63,796 nt of DNA, filler included, from Octopus bimaculoides (GCF_001194135.2; 7 parts of 6 records of this genome joined end to end with filler, not necessarily neighbours in it); one strand, 5' to 3'. Positions 1 through 12,897 are shown, numbered from the whole stretch's first letter. The notes: a model not told the origin generated them from the sequence alone. Numbers and translations: made by a program.

Positions 1-356
1 CACCACTACCCGTACTGTCTCCGCAGCCGCCACCACTTCTACAACCTCCACTGTCATCTCTGATTTACATCTGCTTTCAGTATTGCAATGTTATTCTAAA
101 GTATCTCGTATCAAAGTTAGAACACGTCACAGTGGCTTTCGGTAATATTCACCAGGCGGAGGATTCGGCTCATCATTGCTGTGTTGTTTCGTAGATATCG
201 CCCATGTCGCACGTTAAACCATGGCCGTTCTTTGATAGAACGGAATGAGCAAACATGTTCTCTTCAGATGAGATGAATTACTGCTGGGCTGGAAGTGGTA
301 ACAGCGAGAATAAGGAAGTGAATAGTTGATAAATATGTACGTATGTACGTGGGTGC

Positions 357-437
<81 letters not shown>

Positions 438-1121
438 NNNNNNNNNNNNNNNNNNNNNNNNNNNNNNNNNNNNNNNNNNNNNNNNNNNNNNNNNNNNNNN
501 NNNNNNNNNNNNNNNNNNNNNNNNNNNNNNNNNNNNNNNNNNNNNNNNNNNNNNNNNNNNNNNNNNNNNNNNNNNNNNNNNNNNNNNNNNNNNNNNNNNN
601 NNNNNNNNNNNNNNNNNNNNNNNNNNNNNNNNNNNNNNNNNNNNNNNNNNNNNNNNNNNNNNNNNNNNNNNNNNNNNNNNNNNNNNNNNNNNNNNNNNNN
701 NNNNNNNNNNNNNNNNNNNNNNNNNNNNNNNNNNNNNNNNNNNNNNNNNNNNNNNNNNNNNNNNNNNNNNNNNNNNNNNNNNNNNNNNNNNNNNNNNNNN
801 NNNNNNNNNNNNNNNNNNNNNNNNNNNNNNNNNNNNNNNNNNNNNNNNNNNNNNNNNNNNNNNNNNNNNNNNNNNNNNNNNNNNNNNNNNNNNNNNNNNN
901 NNNNNNNNNNNNNNNNNNNNNNNNNNNNNNNNNNNNNNNNNNNNNNNNNNNNNNNNNNNNNNNNNNNNNNNNNNNNNNNNNNNNNNNNNNNNNNNNNNNN
1001 NNNNNNNNNNNNNNNNNNNNNNNNNNNNNNNNNNNNNNNNNNNNNNNNNNNNNNNNNNNNNNNNNNNNNNNNNNNNNNNNNNNNNNNNNNNNNNNNNNNN
1101 NNNNNNNNNNNNNNNNNNNNN

Positions 1122-1153
<32 letters not shown>

Positions 1154-1495
1154 TGTGTGTGTGTGTGTATATATATATATATGCGTGTGGGTAGGTGGAG
1201 AGAGCGAGAAAGAGATTTGTGTGTGTGTGCGCGCGTGCAATGTACATAGATTTACGCAGATAGATATGCACAAACGCATACACATATTTGTGTGCATTAT
1301 ATACTTGCATACATTATATGTATGTATGTATATTTAAACATGTACATAGGTGTGTGTGCAAGAGTGTGTATTTATGTGAGCTTGTGTGTGAGAGTAAGAA
1401 TATTGTAATTATCAGATGTTCCTTTTGTAAGGGGAAGATTAATATTATAATAGATGTTGCTTCATATGACACAAAGCAAACGCTCTCAAATACGC

Positions 1496-1549
<54 letters not shown>

Positions 1550-1625
1550 ATGTACATAATATATCTATATCTATATATATATAATACACACACACACACA
1601 CATATGCATGTATGCATACATGCAT

Positions 1626-2045
1626 TTTTTATCTTTTTATTAATCTTTGACTTGTTTCAGTCATTAAACTGCGGCCATACTGGGGCACCGTCTTGAAGAA
1701 GTTATAGTCGAATGTATCGACCACAGTATTTGTTTCCTTTTAAAACTCGGTACTTATTCTATCGATGACTTCTGCCGAACCGCTAAGTTACGGGGACATA
1801 AACACACCAACATCGGTTGTCAAGCAGTGGAGGGGGAGACAAACACACACACACATATATAGATATTTACATATGTAAATACGACGGGCTTCTTTGAGTT
1901 TCCGTCTACCAAATTCACTCACAAGGCTTTGGTCAGCCCGCGGCCATAATAGAAGACACTTGCCCAAGGCGCCACGCAGTGGGGCTGAACCCAGAAGCAT
2001 GTGGTTAGAAAGCAAGCTTCTTACCGCACAGCTACTCCTGTGCCT
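1626..2045 (-). mobile_element. tRNA-derived SINE, family A (full length, internal CA/TA microsatellite)
   Basis: Reverse complement matches the + copy at 11908-12340 along its length: A-box-like TGGCTGTGTGG, B-box-like GGTTCAGTCC, CCTTGGGCAAGTGTCTTCT body, GACTGAAACAAGTAAAAG 3' end. Confidence 0.85.
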
Positions 2046-2378
2046 ATGGGCATACATACGGTTGAAGAGAACTTGTGTCTGAAAACAATCAGTTCCTGGA
2101 ACGATGTAAGTGTTTTTGGCTGTTAACATGAAAATCCACAACGAAAGTACAGCCGCCAACTGGAGGGTCGCTAGTCAACTCCAGAATTAAGCAAGCTTTG
2201 TTGAGACTAGTGGTTATATGTATACCCCCCCCCCCCCCCACACACACACACATAACATGTATAAATGTATGAGAGTGCGTGCTTGTGTGTATAAGTGTAT
2301 GCAAATGAGATGTAACATGTTTGAGTATATCTATGAATCAAAGCCAACATCGCTACAGAAAATATGCCGTATGCTATA

Positions 2379-2561
2379 TTCTTTTCTACTCTAAGCACAA
2401 GGTCAGGAAATTTTTATTGGGGAGGGGGCCAGTCGATTAGATCGAACCAATACGTAACTGGTACTTAATTTATCGACCCCAATACGTAACTGGTACTTAA
2501 TTTATCGACCCCGAAAGGATGAAAGGCAAGGTCGACCTCGGCGGAATTTGAACTCAGAACG
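2379..2561 (-). mobile_element. SINE family B, 5'-truncated, with 16-bp target-site duplication
   Basis: Shares GAGTTCAAATTCCGCCGAGGTCGAC..GCCTTTCATCCTTTCGGGGTCGATAAATTAAGTACC with other copies; flanked by tatgccgtatgctata (2363-2378) and tatgccgtacgctata (2562-2577). Confidence 0.85.
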
Positions 2562-2639
2562 TATGCCGTACGCTATACTATAACTTTGAAAATGTTAATT
2601 ATGTATTGCAGAGTAATACAACATGAATATGCAACTGAT

Positions 2640-2900
2640 AAAGGCGTCTGTGTACTCGATCATTTTACAAGAAATAACAGTCACATTTCACTCAATATTA
2701 TGCCTTCTATGATCTTGAGATAAAGAAGCAACACATCGACCCAATGAAGGCAACTGCATACGGTTATCCAACCTTCATAAAACAATAACTAGGTCATCAT
2801 TAAAGGGCACTCGATGGTCTTAAATAGGGAAGAAAACATGAATAATGTAGTCCTGGATATATTGTCTGAGAATGAAAGCGATGGGGTGATCTGAGATTAA
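2640..2900 (+). repeat. Old interspersed repeat (family C), degraded
   Basis: aatgtagtcct..gatgg and related motifs recur in diverged form at ~8480-8590, 14280-14450, 19200-19360 (+) and ~32520-32610, 63370-63500 (-). Confidence 0.45.
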
Positions 2901-4483
2901 CTTAGTAAAGCTCTCCAGGATCAGGGCCGGCTTGAAGCGGAACAACAGAAATAAGCAGACATGCGGAATGTGAGGACAATATACTTTTAATATTTTCAGT
3001 CAATGAACTTTGGCACTAATGCAGGGACACAACCTACAAGTTGAACTTTTGTCTGATATTTATCTTATCGACCTCAATGTGAAGAAAAATCATCCTGCGT
3101 ACAAAAGATAACTTAGGATATTTTTAATCAGTGCACAGCTTCTAGCAACCCTCGCCAATGCGGACATGCATCCACATATATATTCATTATTTTTTGTTTC
3201 ATTCTTTTACTGGTTTAAGCCATTTGACCGAAGTCATATCCAGTGGGAATTGTCGTTAAAAGTTAAGTCGAATATATCGACTCAGCAATTTGGAATGTTG
3301 CTATTTTAATGACCTAGGAAGGAGAGAAAACGAAACTGACCTACGCGGAATTTGAAACCAGAACGTATTGAGAAAGAAATAGTGTCGCAATTTTCATTTT
3401 TTTATTTTTTGCCTGGTATTGTACCCATCCTCTCAAGGCATTCTAAATGTGTGCTCTTAATGGCATAAACTGGGTGGAGGTTAAGTCTATACAGCAATCC
3501 TTTGCCGCTAGTTTTAGCATATACTGGAATATACTATGCTTCGTTGAGTCTGGAGTTATCAGGTTAAATTAATATTAGTCCTCGAGCTAATGTTCATCTT
3601 CTTACTGCATGCGTAATTTTAATTTGAATTTAATTGAAATTAAGAGATGTCGCTTCTTTGCCGTGACTAAATTTGATTGTCAATAATAATTGAACTTACT
3701 TTTTCTTCTCCTCTTTGCAATGGTAATTTTGAGTGCTCATTTTTTTAAATCACTGCATTAATATGTTAGTTGAATAAATTAACACTCATTCAACTAACAT
3801 CATAGGAACAAATATATTTGCGATATTTGAAAATTATGTGGATCAATTTGAGACTTTCTGATATTTTTTCTGCAACCTTCGTATTATAGTGGTTCAAAAA
3901 GAATTTTAAGTACGTCGATCTCATGTTTTTTTTAATATATATGCGTATGTGTGTGTATGTGTGTGTTTATGTGTGAGTGAGTGTATGTATGCATGTATTA
4001 TGCATAAGCAGTTTGCTATCTAGACCTGCATTATTCAATGTTTCACATACATTAAACCAGATTCGATTGCTCAGATACTTCAATAAGTGGTAAAGCAACA
4101 ATAAGTCCTAAAGAAGACTGTTTATTGTCAGTAAGTGTTACACACACAGAGACAGACACACACACTTATACATTCATACATACATATATATATATATACA
4201 CACACACATGCACACATATATGCATTTTATCTTTTACTTGTTTCAATCAATATTAGATTGCGACCATGCTGGAACATATATATATATANNNNNNNNNNNN
4301 NNNNNNNNNNNNNNNNNNNNNNNNNNNNNNNNNNNNNNNNNNNNNNNNNNNNNNNNNNNNNNNNNNNNNNNNNNNNNNNNNNNNNNNNNNNNNNNNNNNN
4401 NNNNNNNNNNNNNNNNNNNNNNNNNNNNNNNNNNNNNNNNNNNNNNNNNNNNNNNNNNNNNNNNNNNNNNNNNNNNNNNNNNN

Positions 4484-4535
<52 letters not shown>

Positions 4536-4582
4536 TCACATACTCACATATATATATAGTTCGCTCTTTTTTTACCCATCAG

Positions 4583-4725
4583 ATATGAATCCATCAGTTA
4601 CTTCACCTCGAGAAGGAGTACCGTATCTAGAGAATGTCAGAATTCTCAAGCCAGTTCCCTCATTTGCTGGAGGAGCAGAACCAGACGTATTTGAGTATCT
4701 ATCATATCAATCTACGAAACCTTAG
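4583..4725 (+). CDS. Candidate terminal coding exon of an unidentified gene ((D)MNPSVTSPREGVPYLENVRILKPVPSFAGGAEPDVFEYLSYQSTKP*)
   Basis: Pyrimidine-rich acceptor ttcgctctttttttacccatcAG (AG 4581-4582), open frame to TAG 4723-4725, non-repetitive complex sequence, AATAAA motifs ~120-180 nt downstream. No homology recognised. Confidence 0.35.
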
Positions 4726-5593
4726 GCCACTTTTATACGGTAGAAATTGCAGGAGTTGCAAAGATAAAGTTCTCTTTGGATAATGACACCTAGCTATAAC
4801 TTTAAAATATCACTTAAGTGCTTTAATTCTTTTGTAAATATTGACAAATAAATGCAATTTAATTATGATTCTATGTAAACATTCAAGTGTAATAAAAATA
4901 TAATAAAAATTGCTCAAAGCTTTATCTTCAATCAGATAGCAGGATGTTTGATTTGAATGCGCATTAATTTTTTCATACAGATTAATATTTCTCTCTTTGA
5001 GAAAGAAGCGAAAAACTGGGAGATTGTGGTAACAAGGAACCCCTGTTTTAATAACAATTTGAAACAGATTAAGGTCTTATTTTGTATGCATTATTCACGA
5101 GGAAGGGGGCAGCGTCTTTGATCTTCGTCACCCCTGACTCCATTCCGAGATTGTTTAAATTAATACAGTTGTTGCTGAATTTGTGCATCTCTGAGTTAAC
5201 ATTAAGAGGTTGCTATAAGAGGTAAATATTTCATTCAAATCGTATTTTAAAAATTCTGTAAAACAGCAGAACTTTTAACTGAAGCGTTTAGATAGGTTAC
5301 ACTGCAGACATGATTGAGCGAAATTTTAAAAAAAGAAATTAAAAATACGCTTTCATCTTTGTTTATTATTTTCTTTTGTTTATTATTTAAAATATTTTTC
5401 TCGGTAAATTATCCCGTTGATAAAGTCGGGTAAAATTTTTAAATGTTCGTAATTTAGTGATTTTAGTCACTTCCTTATATCGAACTCACAGTCTGATTTC
5501 ATGTAGTGTCGTGGTCACTGAAAATCATTATTTTTTACTCATCTATTATTATTATAAGAAATCATCATTATCATCATCATTATCATCATTATT

Positions 5594-5760
5594 ACTCTTT
5601 TCTACTCTAGGCACAAGGCCCGAAATTTTTGGTGTGTGGGAGGAAGTCGATTAGACCGATCCCAATGCGCAGCAATTACTTAAATTATCGTCCCCGAAAG
5701 GATGAAAGGTAAAGTCGACCTTGGCGGAATTTGAACTCAGAACATAAAGACATAAGAAAT
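5594..5760 (-). mobile_element. SINE family B, 5'-truncated
   Basis: Family B body and TAGAGTAGAAAAGA end followed on the minus strand by a (TAA/TGA)n tract. Confidence 0.8.
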
Positions 5761-5944
5761 ATCAATTTCTTTATTGCTCACAGGGTGGGGGTGGGGGGCA
5801 AACACAGAAATGGACAAAACAACTGATTGGGATCAGTAATACGTTATGATTTTACATAAAATATGAATATAAAAATTATATAAAATATTCAAAAAATCGA
5901 ATGAAATTAACAATACAGAGACAACTCAAATGTAGCGATGATTA

Positions 5945-7055
5945 GGTCGGCTCCGACCCCACAAGCCCCGATCTATCGCTGGTACCTTTTTTGTTCTTTT
6001 ATAACCTATTCACACGGTTCCTTGCACGCACAACACTCGTGCAACATGCTTCCATCTCTTTTTGAACATACTCTCCGACTGACACCTCTTCTCCAGCCAC
6101 ACGTTCCTTTTCAAATGAAAAGTAAAAAAATATCGTAAATCGTAGCCGGAGATAAAGTTGCCTGTCAATCCCTTTTAGCCTAGTCTTCCATACTGTCTCT
6201 TTCGCTATTGCTACAACCGTGAGAAAACAATTCTTACCTTCGTTTGTTAAAACTTCCGGTGGGTCAATTTTTTATAATTGACTCTGTCGACAGTTGTACT
6301 CTTCCTTCGCCGGACAACAGGTGTTCATCATAAGCCCACATTTCAGATATCTCCGGACACTGAACAATAGCGTGAGGGACGGTTTCCCTGTCTCCCCCGT
6401 ATCCTGGACAGGTCGGAGATTGACGCTTACCATGTCTTGCGAGCTTATCCCAAACGGGCAAGGCCCCTCTGTAGCATTGCCAGGTCAAGGACTTTTGGAA
6501 GTTGTCCAACGTTCTCAACCCGAATGTACGATAGAACAGGCTGTCTAGTTGAATAAACCCGAGACCTAGAGTCACCCCAGGCCATCGTCGCATTCAGACT
6601 CTACCAACCCACTATATAAAATTCGTGTAGAACCCCCACCGCTGGAGTTGCCCGAGCTCCGGAATAGCAGGAGAGCCTTACGGCACTCTATGCCATTCAC
6701 TCGACCTCGGTCTACGAAAACACCAGGCTTCCTGTTCGCAAAAACTTTTAAACCCGGGGAACATTTGTTTGGCCAACGGAGACCACACCCGTTCACCATC
6801 CAGGATAATCCAGAGATGCTTCAACCTCAACACATGCCTGCACATCATTAACCAAGGCATCCCTAAACCTCCCTTTAACAACAGACAGAGCGTTTCACAA
6901 GTGGCGAACTGCCCTTCCACAAAAAGCGAAAGGGCTGTCTCTCCAACCTGATCAACCACGAATCCGGACAGGGCACGACGGTCAGGCGGTAGGTAATGAC
7001 CGATGCGATAAACACATTGGCCACCTCCGCCCTCCCTTTCAGGGATAGCCACAAC
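5945..7055 (-). mobile_element. Tx1/L1-superfamily LINE, 3' part of ORF2 and 3' UTR, frameshifted
   Basis: Minus-strand ORF pieces FLWKGSSPLVKRSVCC, KGGLGMPWL and FQKSLTWQCYRGALPV..CPGYGGDRETVPHAIVQCP resemble the post-RT region and C-terminal Cys/His (zf-RVT-like) motif of L1/Tx1 ORF2. Confidence 0.75.
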
Positions 7056-7154
7056 AATACTTACTGCCTTGATCAAATTATTTGTTTCTGTGATGTTGTT
7101 TGTTCTGATGTATTTCAGAATTTCATAGTGTAAAATAAATTCAATGAAAGTACA

Positions 7155-7240
<86 letters not shown>

Positions 7241-7575
7241 CATCATCATTATTATTATTATTTGTCAGATTTTCATCTGCATGTTTTATGCAATCATAGG
7301 AGCTGCACCNNNNNNNNNNNNNNNNNNNNNNNNNNNNNNNNNNNNNNNNNNNNNNNNNNNNNNNNNNNNNNNNNNNNNNNNNNNNNNNNNNNNNNNNNNN
7401 NNNNNNNNNNNNNNNNNNNNNNNNNNNNNNNNNNNNNNNNNNNNNNNNNNNNNNNNNNNNNNNNNNNNNNNNNNNNNNNNNNNNNNNNNNNNNNNNNNNN
7501 NNNNNNNNNNNNNNNNNNNNNNNNNNNNNNNNNNNNNNNNNNNNNNNNNNNNNNNNNNNNNNNNNNNNNNNNNNN

Positions 7576-7659
7576 AGCCCCACGAGGAAGCCCCACGAGG
7601 AAGCCCCACGAGGAAGCCCCACGAGGAAGCCCCACGAGGAAGCCCCACGAGGAAGCCCC
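7576..7659. repeat. 13-bp minisatellite (GCCCCACGAGGAA)n, about 6 visible units
   Basis: Exact tandem units directly after the N gap 7310-7575, so the array may be longer. Confidence 0.95.
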
Positions 7660-8224
7660 TACGTTGGTGATGACGAATCCATTTTAGTGTATCGAAATTT
7701 CAATTACTTTAGTTATCCTGTTATTGGAACATCACTTATATGTATTCCTAATTATGTATGCATGTAAGTGACACTTACATAAATACGTATAAATGTCAGT
7801 TGTAACTTTATCTAAATGCTTATTGCTAAGTATGTAAATACTTATAGGTATTTACAACATGATGTTGCAAGTAGAATTTTAAACTTTTTTTATTTAGTAT
7901 ATATATATCGAAAGGCTATTAGGCATGGGCGTGTGCACATGCAGGAATGACTGGTTTGTTAAGAAGTTCGTATCGCAATCACATGGTTTCCGATCGAATC
8001 ACAATGAGCGCCATTTTGAGCAAATGACTCCAATTAATGCTCTCAGATAATATGGTAGACGGAAGCTGTATAGAAAACCAACGTATATACATACGTATGT
8101 GAGTGCGTGTATGTAAGTATGTATGTATGTATGTATGTATGTACGTATGTATGTATGTATGTATGTACGTACGTATGTATGAATGCATTTATGTATATAT
8201 GAATGAATGACTGTTTATATATGT

Positions 8225-8420
8225 GTCTTTGTGTTAGTTCTTCCAACGCTTGATAACCGGTGATAGTTTTCAGCCCTCTAACCGTGCAGTTCGACATAAC
8301 ACACGAGGCAATAAGTACCACATGTAAAAGATAAGTACTGGGGTCGATTTGTTTGACTAACCCTTCAAGGTGGTGCTCCAGCACGGCTACAATCCAACGG
8401 TCAAAGCAAGTAAAGGATTA
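8225..8420 (+). mobile_element. SINE family A, diverged 3' half
   Basis: aataagtac..ggggtcgatttgtttgactaa..cttcaaggtggtgctccagcac matches the family A 3' half. Confidence 0.65.
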
Positions 8421-9119
8421 TCCTTTAGAATACTTGTAGCGTGTTACTAATTACACGAGTGTCATATGTTCTTCAATAGTGTTCTGTGTTGTCCCTCAAC
8501 TAGCTGGAAGCAGCAAACTCTTCCCCTTCATATCATATACACTACTGTTTTAAAGAAAATGAAAGACATATTTGACATTGTAGTAACAAATATACACATT
8601 AAAAAATGACGATCATGGTTGGAAGATTTTGGTCAAAGACTTCGATCTATGACCTGAAGCTAAAACAACTTCAACAACACAAATAACTGCTGCTGCAACA
8701 GTAGCAACAAAACCTAAAACGAAAATTGTACCACGAAGAAACCTCCACGAGGTTCCTAGTCCAGCGACAAATAAGAACGAAATCTCTCTCAAAGGACAGT
8801 AAATCCGTTCCAAATGGTTATTTAAACTGGGACTCCATTCTGCTCAATTTCCTAGATTTTTACTCCCTCTTTTCAAAGATGGAAGTAATCTCTATGAAAT
8901 GCTAAAACCATTCAAATCATAAGCCTGCTTATGCGATTGAAGTGGAAGATGAAGATAAAAGAGATTTGCATTTCTATATTTTGATGTTTACACAGAATTA
9001 TGGCGAAATTCTATTTGTATTTTTAATGTTTACAATAGAATTAAAGACATTCCAATGAGATTTTTCTGGTTATGTACAGTTGTCATTACCTAAAATTGTA
9101 AATAATAATAATGGCTTCA

Positions 9120-9309
9120 AAATTTTGGTACACGACCAGCAATTTTGAGGTAAGGGGAAAATCGATTGCCTAGAACCGCAGGTACATAACTGGTATTTAT
9201 TTCATCGATCTCGAAACGAGGAAAGGAATTTGAAACTCAGAAAGTGAAGATGGACGAAAGACCGCAAAGCATTTAGTCGAGCTTGTCAACCTTTCTACCG
9301 ATTTACCGC

Positions 9310-9310
<1 letters not shown>
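9120..9310 (-). mobile_element. SINE family B, diverged
   Basis: tttatttcatcgatctcgaaacgagg..ggaatttgaaactcagaa is the reverse complement of the family B body. Confidence 0.65.
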
Positions 9311-9382
<72 letters not shown>

Positions 9383-9384
9383 GT

Positions 9385-9960
9385 GACCAATTAGCACTAC
9401 CCCTGACAGCACTATCCCTTCCAAGGGTACCACTTCCTTAACCACAACCACCTCGAGGCAATCTCTGCTACACCACAGCCAACATAACGACCTTCTGCCT
9501 ACTGACCCTTGTTGTTACAAGCTCTGCAGAGGGACTGGCCTGTAAACACTCTGTATCCCACCTCTATGGTATTATACCTTTCTTGCCATCCCTTGCTTTG
9601 GTATAACACTACTAGTTGAGTATATGTCATACTCTTTTCTCGTTTGCCTCCTCGATGCGATCCTTCCCAGGAACAGTGAGTTCTAACAGAATCACTTACT
9701 TGGATGCTTTCTAAAATCAGCATCATATTTGCCATCAGTGATTTTGGGGTGACAGTTTCAGGAAACTTCAGATGCTTCACCAAGTCGACTTTCAGTTCCC
9801 AGTCTTCTGCAGTTGCCAGTAGGCTCGAAGAGAAGCTTCTACCAGCTTCAGGCTTCTTCTCGCCAACCCTGACAAAGGGGATAAACTTCCTCGTAGGGCG
9901 GAAGGGCTTGCAATGGCTAATCCTACTTGGCTAATTGAATGGTGTCTGCTATGACCTTCA
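9385..9960 (-). mobile_element. R2-superfamily (HERO-like) non-LTR retrotransposon, restriction-like endonuclease remnant
   Basis: Frameshifted minus-strand peptides LKFPETV..ELTVP..DRIEEANER..KGW..IEVGYRVFTGQSL resemble the recalled PD..ELTVPWE..EVGCRGF endonuclease pattern; ends at the (ATT)n tract 9311-9381. Confidence 0.6.
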
Positions 9961-9979
9961 GTAGTCATGCCTCCAGTAG

Positions 9980-10786
9980 TAGCCGGAAACGTTCTCTGTG
10001 GTTCAGACTTTCGCCGCTAGAGTCCACTGGATGCGACCCTCAGACATCAGTCTATTGACCGGCGTTGTCCACTCAGGTCATACTGAAATGTCGTGCGTCT
10101 TTGTTTTTGCAGTTCTTCTCCACTGTTCGTCAATTTTTGCGATGGCTGAAGCGAAGGAACAGCGTGCTTGTGTGAAATGCTGTTTTCTGCTGGGAAAACG
10201 GCAGCCGAAACAGTTGTCATACTTCAAGCAGCTTACAAGACCGCTACCATAAGCAAAACTAAAGTTTCCGAGTTGCTTTTACGCTTTAGGAATGGTCACT
10301 TGCTGCTATAGGACCAACCACGTTCAGGGCGACCGTCGACCTCCAGAACGAATGAAAACGTCATGAAAATTCATGAACTGACATTGGAGGACCGTCACCG
10401 AACAATTAACGAACTTATCGATATGATTGGTGTATCCTGGAGCTCCTGCCAACGAATGTCTCGCTTGCTCACAGAAGATCAAAAGTAGTCATGACTAAAC
10501 GCGTGTTGTGAACTGTTGGGAGTTGATCCGAACCTTTTCTGGAAAGTCATCACTGATGATGAAAGCTAGTACTACGGAATTTGCAGATGTGAAAGAGATG
10601 AAGAAAAAAACGACAAGCATCACTTCGCAAGGCTTCCAGCACTGCTTCGAATAGTGGAAAACGCACCTGGATCGATGCATTACTCCAAATGGGGAATACT
10701 TTGAAGACGATAAAAGTGTAAACATGTAAAACTAAGTGAATAAAATAATATTGCAAAATTCCAGTTTCTTTTTGGGTATCCCCTCG
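9980..10786 (+). mobile_element. Mariner transposon relic with internal deletion
   Basis: N-terminus MAEAKEQRACVKCCFLLGK from 10142, KVITDDES (first catalytic D region), then a jump to C-terminal RCITPNGEYFEDDK; right end ttccagtttctttttgggtatcccctcg is a cgagggg-type TIR; left TIR eroded. Confidence 0.8.
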
Positions 10787-10810
10787 CCTCTTTCTTTCTC
10801 CCTTTCTTTG

Positions 10811-10855
<45 letters not shown>

Positions 10856-10858
10856 ATG

Positions 10859-10954
<96 letters not shown>

Positions 10955-11350
10955 CAAACACACACATATGTATGTATGTATGTATGTATGTATGCATGCA
11001 TGCATGCATGTATGTATGTACACACGCACACGTGTACGTATCTATTTGCCAGTCACACACATATATTAAGTTTCCAAATCTGAATAGTTTTGATGCCGCA
11101 GGGAGACGTGGATTGCAATTTTTAGGACAGGACCCATCCCCAGAGAAATTACATGCATGTAAATGAGGAGCGTGTCTATGGGGCCGTGGACGGATGGGGC
11201 GAATTTCGATCAATACGCAGTTTTGCCCCTTCGCCTCTACCACCCCTTCGTCCCTTTCTCTCTGTTGCTTCTCTTGCTCAATCTCCTTCTTTATCCTCCT
11301 CCTCCGCCAACCTCCTTTACCGACAACTTTATTCCCCCTTCTCTCTCTCC

Positions 11351-11389
<39 letters not shown>

Positions 11390-11526
11390 CATCATCGTCC
11401 TCATCCAATTCTTTATCCTAGACCCAATAACGGGAGTACATCTAGTTGGCCATTCGACCTGTTAAAAATAGTAGCGAAAACTTTCCTCTAATTTCACCAT
11501 ACTGTTCTTTTATTATTATGATGATG

Positions 11527-11600
<74 letters not shown>

Positions 11601-11602
<2 letters not shown>

Positions 11603-11778
11603 TGCTCGGCGTCATTTCGTCCGCCTTTAAGTTCTAAGTACAAATTCCGCCAAGGTCGACTTTGCCTTTCATCCTTTCGTGGGTCGATAAACTAAGTATC
11701 AGTGAAAAACTGGGTTTGATGTAATCGACTGGTCCCCTCCCTACAAATTTAAGACCTTGTGCCTCTAGTAGAAAAGAT
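11601..11778 (+). mobile_element. SINE family B, 5'-truncated
   Basis: Family B body ending CTAGTAGAAAAGA, between (TAG)n and (TTC)n tracts. Confidence 0.85.
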
Positions 11779-11815
11779 TTTTCTTCTTCTTCTTCTTCTT
11801 CTTCTTCTTCTTCTT

Positions 11816-11907
<92 letters not shown>

Positions 11908-11908
<1 letters not shown>

Positions 11909-12340
11909 GGCGCAGGAGTGGCTGTGTGGTAAGTAGCTTGCTTACGAACCACATGGTTCCGGGTTCAGTCCCACTGCGTGGCACCTTCGGCAAGTGTCTG
12001 CTACTATAGCCTCGGGCCGACCAAAGCCTTGTGAGTGGATTTGGTAGATGGAAACTGAAAGAAGCCCGTCGTATATATATATATGTATATATATATATGT
12101 ATATATATATAATATGTGTGTGTGTGTGTGTGTGTTTGTGTGTCTGTGTTTGTCCCCCCAACACCGCTTGACAACCGATGCTGGCGTGTTTACGTCCCCG
12201 TAACTTAGCGGTTCAGCTAAAGTGACTGATAGAATAAGTACTAGGCTTACAAAGAATAAGTCCCGGGGTCGATTTGCTCGACTAAAGACGGTGCTCCAGC
12301 ATGGCCACACTCAAATGACTGAAACAAATAAAAGAGTAAA
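11908..12340 (+). mobile_element. SINE family A, full length
   Basis: AGGCGCAGGAGTGGCTGTGTGGTAAG head with A/B-box-like motifs, internal TA/TG microsatellite, 3' end GACTGAAACAAATAAAAG; flanked both sides by (ATT)n. Confidence 0.9.
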
Positions 12341-12342
12341 AG

Positions 12343-12376
<34 letters not shown>

Positions 12377-12477
12377 GCACGCCGGACAAAATGCTTAGAG
12401 GTATTTCATCCGTTTTTTACGCTCTGAGTTCAGGTTTCGCTGAGGTCGACTTTGTCTTTGATCCTTACGGAATCGAT
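12377..12477 (+). mobile_element. SINE family B, 5' part, cut by gap
   Basis: tagcacgccggacaaaatgcttagaggtatttc..ctgagttcaggtt..gaggtcgactttg matches the family B head. Confidence 0.7.
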
Positions 12478-12864
12478 NNNNNNNNNNNNNNNNNNNNNNN
12501 NNNNNNNNNNNNNNNNNNNNNNNNNNNNNNNNNNNNNNNNNNNNNNNNNNNNNNNNNNNNNNNNNNNNNNNNNNNNNNNNNNNNNNNNNNNNNNNNNNNN
12601 NNNNNNNNNNNNNNNNNNNNNNNNNNNNNNNNNNNNNNNNNNNNNNNNNNNNNNNNNNNNNNNNNNNNNNNNNNNNNNNNNNNNNNNNNNNNNNNNNNNN
12701 NNNNNNNNNNNNNNNNNNNNTCATCATCATCATCGTCGTCGTCGTCATCGTGGTTGTCGTTATCATCATCATCATCATCGCCATCTTCATAATGATCTTC
12801 GTCTTTGCCGACGTCATCCTCTCCACCTCCACTTCCTCCTCATCATCATAATGATAAATCACCG

Positions 12865-12897
<33 letters not shown>

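Noticed and set aside
111-270. Minus-strand frame EHVCSF..NITESHCDVF* and a CUGAAGAG...CGAAAC hammerhead-like spacing
   Set aside because: No recognisable homology or good acceptor for the frame; stem II does not pair and the cleavage position would be G, so the ribozyme resemblance is likely chance.
7665-7712. ggtgatgacgaatcc..tatcgaaatt, a vestigial hammerhead-like string
   Set aside because: C3 is lost, stem II is weak and stem III and the triplet are absent.
11908-11975. tRNA-like A/B boxes in SINE heads
   Set aside because: They are followed by SINE bodies and lack a full cloverleaf; not tRNA genes.
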